NCBI GenBank assembly: GCA_046318155.1
Contig: JBKCUU010000078.1
Span: 1-10,154, forward strand
Length of the DNA stretch: 10,154 nt
DNA from: Bdellovibrio sp.
GTDB lineage: Bacteria; Bdellovibrionota; Bdellovibrionia; Bdellovibrionales; Bdellovibrionaceae
Direction: 5' to 3'
Below are positions 5,927-10,154 of the stretch, one piece after another. A model generated the notes under the pieces. The model was given only the letters and a program-made list of their open reading frames with translations. It was not told the DNA's origin and did no database searches. Position numbers and translations under genes: made by a program. Within the stretch, counting starts at the first letter, position 1. Each line of letters starts with the position of its first letter.

Positions 5927-7138
5927 ATGGGGTCCGATATGAGATCATCTGAGACGATTCAACTAAACAGGCGTGATTTTAACGACTTGTTTCCTTTTTT
6001 TTTCACGGTTAGCGGGACCGGCGAGATTTTAAGTCTCGGTCCGTCATTGCAAAAAATTTTTCCCTCAACCTGGACCGACACCCCTTACTTTGATGTTTTT
6101 TTTGAATTGCTAAAACCCACTGAAAAATCCTTCTTTGAAATCTTAAACATCACTCGCAAGGAAACGGTCGTTGTTAAGCTCCACAACAAAAGAGCCCAGC
6201 TGATGGGACAAGTCATCAAGTTGCCCGATCAAGATGTTTATGCCTTTGTTGTGAATCTCGTCGTTCAAGAGGCCGACGCTTTGACTCAACTCAAGCTCGA
6301 CTTCAACGATTTTGCCGTCCAGGATCCTGTTTTTGATTTTTTGATGCTTGTAAAGACTCAGCGAAGAGCTATTCGCGAGGCCGAGCAACTCAACAAGAAA
6401 CTTGAAGTTGCCCATGCTGTTGCAATTAAAGCTTCTGAAACAAAATCACAATTTCTTGCGAACATGAGTCACGAACTCAGAACACCTATGAATGGCCTTA
6501 TGGGAATGGCCGAGCTTTTGAGCCAGACAAAGCTTGATGAAGAGCAAAATGACTTTCTGAAGACGCTTGTCGATTCAGCGGAAAACATGCTTCTTTTAAT
6601 CAACGACATTTTAGATCTCACCAAGATTGAATCGGGGCATATCAATTTGTCAGAACAGGTTGTGGATCTCGAGCAACTCGTTCTTCAAGTGAAAGAAATT
6701 TTAAATCCGCTGACTCTCAAAAAAGCGATCGACTTAAACTTTGAAATTCTTGAGAATGTTCCCAAGCTCATCGTTGCGGATCCGACCCGACTCAAACAGA
6801 TTTTGATGAACCTTGTTGGTAACTCAATCAAGTTTACAGAACAGGGCTTCATCAAGATTCAAGTTGTTCAGCTCAATGAAAGCAACAAGAGTTCAACTCT
6901 TCAGTTTTCAGTCGCTGATTCAGGGATCGGAATCGATCCGGAGTTGATGCCCCTCCTGTTTTCTCCTTTTGTGCAGGGAGATAGCTCGATGACGAAGAAA
7001 AATGCCGGAACCGGATTGGGTCTTTCGATCTGCAAAAAATTGGCTGAAGCAATGGGGGGAAGCTTGCAAGTGGAAAGTCAGCTAGGAGAGGGTTCCGAGT
7101 TCAAATTTGTGGGCCAATTCAAAAAAGCGGGTGAGTAA
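5927..7138 (+). CDS. Soluble histidine kinase with N-terminal HNOBA (H-NOX-associated PAS-like/coiled-coil) domain; no attached receiver
   Basis: HNOBA-like motifs FNDLFPFFF, LGPSL, FELLKP, LMGQV, LKLDFNDFAVQDPVFDFL, then a coiled coil. H-box FLANMSHELRTP (H182), QILMNLVGNSIKFT, DSGIGI, LFSPFVQGD, GTGLGL. Ends just after HATPase_c. Alternative start ATG 5939. Confidence 0.9.
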   Translation: MGSDMRSSETIQLNRRDFNDLFPFFFTVSGTGEILSLGPSLQKIFPSTWTDTPYFDVFFELLKPTEKSFFEILNITRKETVVVKLHNKRAQLMGQVIKLPDQDVYAFVVNLVVQEADALTQLKLDFNDFAVQDPVFDFLMLVKTQRRAIREAEQLNKKLEVAHAVAIKASETKSQFLANMSHELRTPMNGLMGMAELLSQTKLDEEQNDFLKTLVDSAENMLLLINDILDLTKIESGHINLSEQVVDLEQLVLQVKEILNPLTLKKAIDLNFEILENVPKLIVADPTRLKQILMNLVGNSIKFTEQGFIKIQVVQLNESNKSSTLQFSVADSGIGIDPELMPLLFSPFVQGDSSMTKKNAGTGLGLSICKKLAEAMGGSLQVESQLGEGSEFKFVGQFKKAGE

Positions 7139-7141
7139 CCT

Positions 7142-8407
7142 ATGCTGTCCATCCAAGAAGAACTAACTTCGAACATGACAGCGCCTTTGCCTCTGTTACT
7201 CTTTCAAATTCTTGTCATTTTAATTTTTTCGCGTCTGTGCGGAATAGTCCTCAGAAAATTGGGCCAACCTCAAGTCATAGGCGAAATGATCGCCGGGATC
7301 CTTCTCGGCCGCTCAGTTTTTGCCTTCCTCTGGCCGGATGGCTTCGACGCGCTTTTTCCGACCAGCTCGATGACCGCACTTTATTTCTTAAGCCAAATCG
7401 GTCTGATTTTGTTTATGTTTGTCATAGGTCTCGACCTCAAACTTGAGGACCTCAAAAAACGGGCGCCAGCCGCCATCTTAGTTTCACATGTCAGTATCGT
7501 GATCCCCTTCTTACTTGGAGCCTTGGCCGCTCTTTTTCTTTATCAGAACCTCGGTCCCTCAAACTCGAGCTTTGCCTCGTTCGCGCTCTTTATGGGGATC
7601 TCGATGAGCATCACGGCATTTCCTGTTTTGGCCCGAATCATTCAAGAGAAGAACCTCACCCACACGCCGCTTGGAACCATGGCCCTCACGTGCGCAGCTA
7701 TTGATGATGTCACCGCATGGTGCATTCTGGCCGCTGTGCTGGGGATTGTGCGGGCGGGCTCCGTCGCAAGTGCAGCCGGAATGATTGCGCTCGCGCTTCT
7801 TTATGTTGTGCTAATGTTTAAACTCGTCAGACCACAACTTGCCAAGCTCCTGGCTCCCGCAGTTGGCGGAGATCAAACAACCCGCGGCGCCCTCGCTCTG
7901 ATTTTTTGCACCCTGCTGGGCTCAGCTCTGGTGAGCGAGATCATCGGGATCCATGCCTTGTTTGGCGCTTTCTTGGCCGGCGTGATCATGCCTCGAAGCC
8001 CAGTTTTCCAAATGGGCCTTGCCGAAAAAATCGAAGACCTGAGCACCGTCGTTTTGCTACCTCTCTTTTTTGCCTACACCGGAATCCGCACGCAAATTGG
8101 ATTACTTGATGACCGAGAAGCCTGGCTGATCACTCTGGGACTCATCGCTCTCGCAACCGTTGGAAAAATGGTCAGCTCCGCGCTGGCCGCGAGATGGTCA
8201 GGTATGACCTGGAACCAATCGTGGGCACTAGGTTCACTGATGAACACGCGCGGACTCATGGAGCTGATTGTCCTCAATATTGGTTACGATCTAGGACTTC
8301 TCACACCCAAAATCTTTGCCATGATGGTCATCATGGCGATTGTAACAACGATGATGACAGGTCCTCTCGTCAATTTGTTTCTTAGAAAGAGGACGATTCG
8401 CTATTGA
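7142..8407 (+). CDS. Cation:proton antiporter, CPA2 family (Na_H_Exchanger; KefB/NapA/CHX-like membrane domain only)
   Basis: 421 aa with about 12 hydrophobic segments. Motifs [60 protein letters not shown]. No C-terminal TrkA/USP domain. ATG is 3 nt after the kinase stop. Confidence 0.93.
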   Translation: MLSIQEELTSNMTAPLPLLLFQILVILIFSRLCGIVLRKLGQPQVIGEMIAGILLGRSVFAFLWPDGFDALFPTSSMTALYFLSQIGLILFMFVIGLDLKLEDLKKRAPAAILVSHVSIVIPFLLGALAALFLYQNLGPSNSSFASFALFMGISMSITAFPVLARIIQEKNLTHTPLGTMALTCAAIDDVTAWCILAAVLGIVRAGSVASAAGMIALALLYVVLMFKLVRPQLAKLLAPAVGGDQTTRGALALIFCTLLGSALVSEIIGIHALFGAFLAGVIMPRSPVFQMGLAEKIEDLSTVVLLPLFFAYTGIRTQIGLLDDREAWLITLGLIALATVGKMVSSALAARWSGMTWNQSWALGSLMNTRGLMELIVLNIGYDLGLLTPKIFAMMVIMAIVTTMMTGPLVNLFLRKRTIRY

Positions 8408-9276
8408 CCGAGAAGATCACCGAGAATGGCATCTCGGCAATTCATGGGAAGGGAGTAATGCCCTTCATTTTCAATGAGGTTGAGGCGCGCCCGAGGTAAT
8501 CGCTCTTGCATGTCCTGGGCAAAGTAGTGATGCACGACATCGTCCTCACTGCCGTGCCACAAGGTCACGGGGCACTGAATTTGGCTGAGCGGAAAGCCCC
8601 AAGATTTTGAGTAAACGCGCATGTCCTGCAGGATACCGCCTGGTCCTTGCCGTAAAGCTTCGCGCATGGTTCCAAGTAAAAATGGACCCACAGAGGGATC
8701 CAACAGAACTTTACGGTCGTGTTCCGAAAACGTATCGATCTCGGTAAAGATCAATTGTTCAAAGTTATCCAGTCCTGATTTCCAAACTCGGTTCATCGCA
8801 AAGTTCAAAACAGTTCCCGGTACAAAGTTCCTCATCGCCCAGGTTTTTCTCTGCTGTTGATTCATATAACTAAAGTTTCGCAAAGTGAGAGGCGCAACGC
8901 CGGCAATCGAAGTCACCTTGCGAACGCGAGCTTGAAGCAAAAAAGCCAGCGCCATTGAATAGGGAGCGCCTCCGCTAACTGAAAGAATAGAAATTTCGTT
9001 GATGCCTTGGTCATCGAGTAAATCACGGACTTGTTCTGCAAATTTTAATGGCGTCAGGTTCTCTTGAAAATCACTCTGGCCGTAGCCAGGGCGGTCCATC
9101 GCGATCAGCCGAAAAGAGTCCCAGTGCCGACTTGAAGACATCAGCTGGCCGTGATTGGCGCAGCCCGGAAAGCCATGCACCATAAGGACAACGGGCTTAT
9201 TCAGCGCTCCCCACTCCTGGATAAAGAGCCGCTGCCCCGTCTGTCCAAAAAAATAGTCGCGTTCATGTTTTTGCAT
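8401..9276 (-). CDS. Alpha/beta-fold hydrolase
   Basis: HGFPG oxyanion motif, DRPGYGQSD, nucleophile elbow LSVSGG, acid WHGSEDDVV, catalytic His EGHYS. Confidence 0.92.
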   Translation of the reverse strand: MQKHERDYFFGQTGQRLFIQEWGALNKPVVLMVHGFPGCANHGQLMSSSRHWDSFRLIAMDRPGYGQSDFQENLTPLKFAEQVRDLLDDQGINEISILSVSGGAPYSMALAFLLQARVRKVTSIAGVAPLTLRNFSYMNQQQRKTWAMRNFVPGTVLNFAMNRVWKSGLDNFEQLIFTEIDTFSEHDRKVLLDPSVGPFLLGTMREALRQGPGGILQDMRVYSKSWGFPLSQIQCPVTLWHGSEDDVVHHYFAQDMQERLPRARLNLIENEGHYSLPMNCRDAILGDLLGQ

Positions 9277-9300
9277 CAGTCTTATCTAATTTTTTAAACC

Positions 9301-9900
9301 TTACTGCGCCAGCAATTGCTGGAATTCAGTATTTTTAACAAGGCCTTCGGTGATGAGGTTCATGCAAGAAGCCACGGTCTGGGCATTCGCTAATTGGGTC
9401 TTAAACAAGGGTGCAGGTGCGGTAAAACTAGAATTAAGCTTGACCTTAACACTGCGCTTTGAACCTGCGCGAGTCAGATCAACGGTGACTTCCGCTGAAC
9501 AAGAAGGCGTCTGAAAGGGTCCATTTGGAACACTCTGGAGATCAAACTTTTGGATGGACAGACCCATCGCAACCTCGCCGCCAACCCTTGACTGAAAGCC
9601 CCGTCTGTTGAGTTCGGTTATGAATCGCTCGGCCAGCGTTTCCGCAACCGTTCTCTCGGTCACAACGGCCCGGCGGTTGTCGGGACTCGCTCCTGACCAT
9701 CCAAGCTGGTGTGCGCCCATGTTACGTTGGTCTTCAGACGAGTGAATCTGAAAACTCAAATTGGTCCGAACGGGCGTGCGGTCTGCCGCAGCAGCAAAGG
9801 GCTCCATCTCGGCTGGCGCTAAGGCCATCTGTCCCGAAGCACACCCGACCAAGCCAAAAAGAGTCGACACCAAGAAAACAGAAGAAAGCATGTTTTTCAT
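9301..9900 (-). CDS. Putative lipoprotein (possibly YajG-like)
   Basis: Start re-assigned from 10038 to ATG 9900 (or 9891): MKNMLSSVFLVSTLFGLVGC is a basic N-terminus, hydrophobic core and LVGC lipobox. DQR...LG and ELNRRGF patterns recall YajG-family lipoproteins (family call tentative). Confidence 0.75.
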   Translation of the reverse strand: MKNMLSSVFLVSTLFGLVGCASGQMALAPAEMEPFAAAADRTPVRTNLSFQIHSSEDQRNMGAHQLGWSGASPDNRRAVVTERTVAETLAERFITELNRRGFQSRVGGEVAMGLSIQKFDLQSVPNGPFQTPSCSAEVTVDLTRAGSKRSVKVKLNSSFTAPAPLFKTQLANAQTVASCMNLITEGLVKNTEFQQLLAQ

Positions 9901-9988
9901 AACCCCACCGTAAAAGAGGTGAGGTCTGAGGGAAAGGCAAAAAACGGATGACTGCCCTGCGCCACTTAAAAAACTAAGGCAGACAGGA

Positions 9989-10153
9989 TTACCGGCGGAG
10001 CTTCTTACGGCAATAGTCATAAACCGAAGATGCTTCATAACGTTTACCGTTCACCCGACAATCATGACGGCGGTCAAAACGATCTTGAAAGCGATCGCAA
10101 GTCTGGTCCGAAGTATTTCGGACCGCATCTGCAAAGAGGTCAACGAATTCACG
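9989..10153 (-). CDS. Possible 3' end of a hypothetical protein entering from the right edge
   Basis: Frame is open from the window edge (REFVDLFADAVRNTSDQTCDRFQDRFDRRHDCRVNGKRYEASSVYDYCRKKLRR) to TAA at 9991-9989, co-oriented with the downstream genes. No recognisable motif. Confidence 0.4.
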   Translation of the reverse strand, partial: REFVDLFADAVRNTSDQTCDRFQDRFDRRHDCRVNGKRYEASSVYDYCRKKLRR

Positions 10154-10154
10154 T

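Noticed and set aside
1599..6477. 17-bp inverted repeat AACATGAGTCACGAACT at 1599-1615 (-) and 6461-6477 (+)
   Set aside because: Both copies encode the conserved NMSHEL H-box of oppositely oriented kinases; no recombinase or mobile-element context.
9901..10038. 46-aa N-terminal extension of the lipoprotein ORF
   Set aside because: It would bury the signal peptide/lipobox and overlaps the probable upstream partial gene.
10105..10124. Perfect 8-bp hairpin GGTCCGAA-gtat-TTCGGACC
   Set aside because: No U-tract on either strand, single copy, and lies inside a probable coding frame; not supportable as a terminator or repeat.
1..10154. CRISPR arrays, tRNA/rRNA, IS or prophage elements
   Set aside because: No spaced direct repeats, RNA gene patterns, or transposase/integrase motifs seen; the window is almost fully coding.

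Overview
Bacterial window (moderate GC). Positions ~101-7138 form a dense, entirely cytoplasmic His-Asp phosphorelay cluster in four transcription blocks. Block 1 (-): REC/PilZ-like regulator, CheY-like regulator and a hybrid kinase whose only input domain is CheX/CheC-phosphatase-like. Block 2 (+): OmpR-family regulator. Block 3 (-): two stand-alone receivers and an Hpt protein. Block 4 (+): a decayed, multi-frame H-NOX (heme NO/O2 sensor) relic not called correctly by the ORF track, an intact HNOBA-domain histidine kinase and a CPA2 cation/H+ antiporter. An alpha/beta hydrolase, a lipoprotein and a possible partial gene (all - strand) follow. Main points of interest: the CheX-input kinase, the H-NOX pseudogene in front of its intact partner kinase, an apparently detached hybrid-kinase receiver with a probable CTG start, and the overall architecture. 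All domain calls come from motif recognition by eye; no searches were run.
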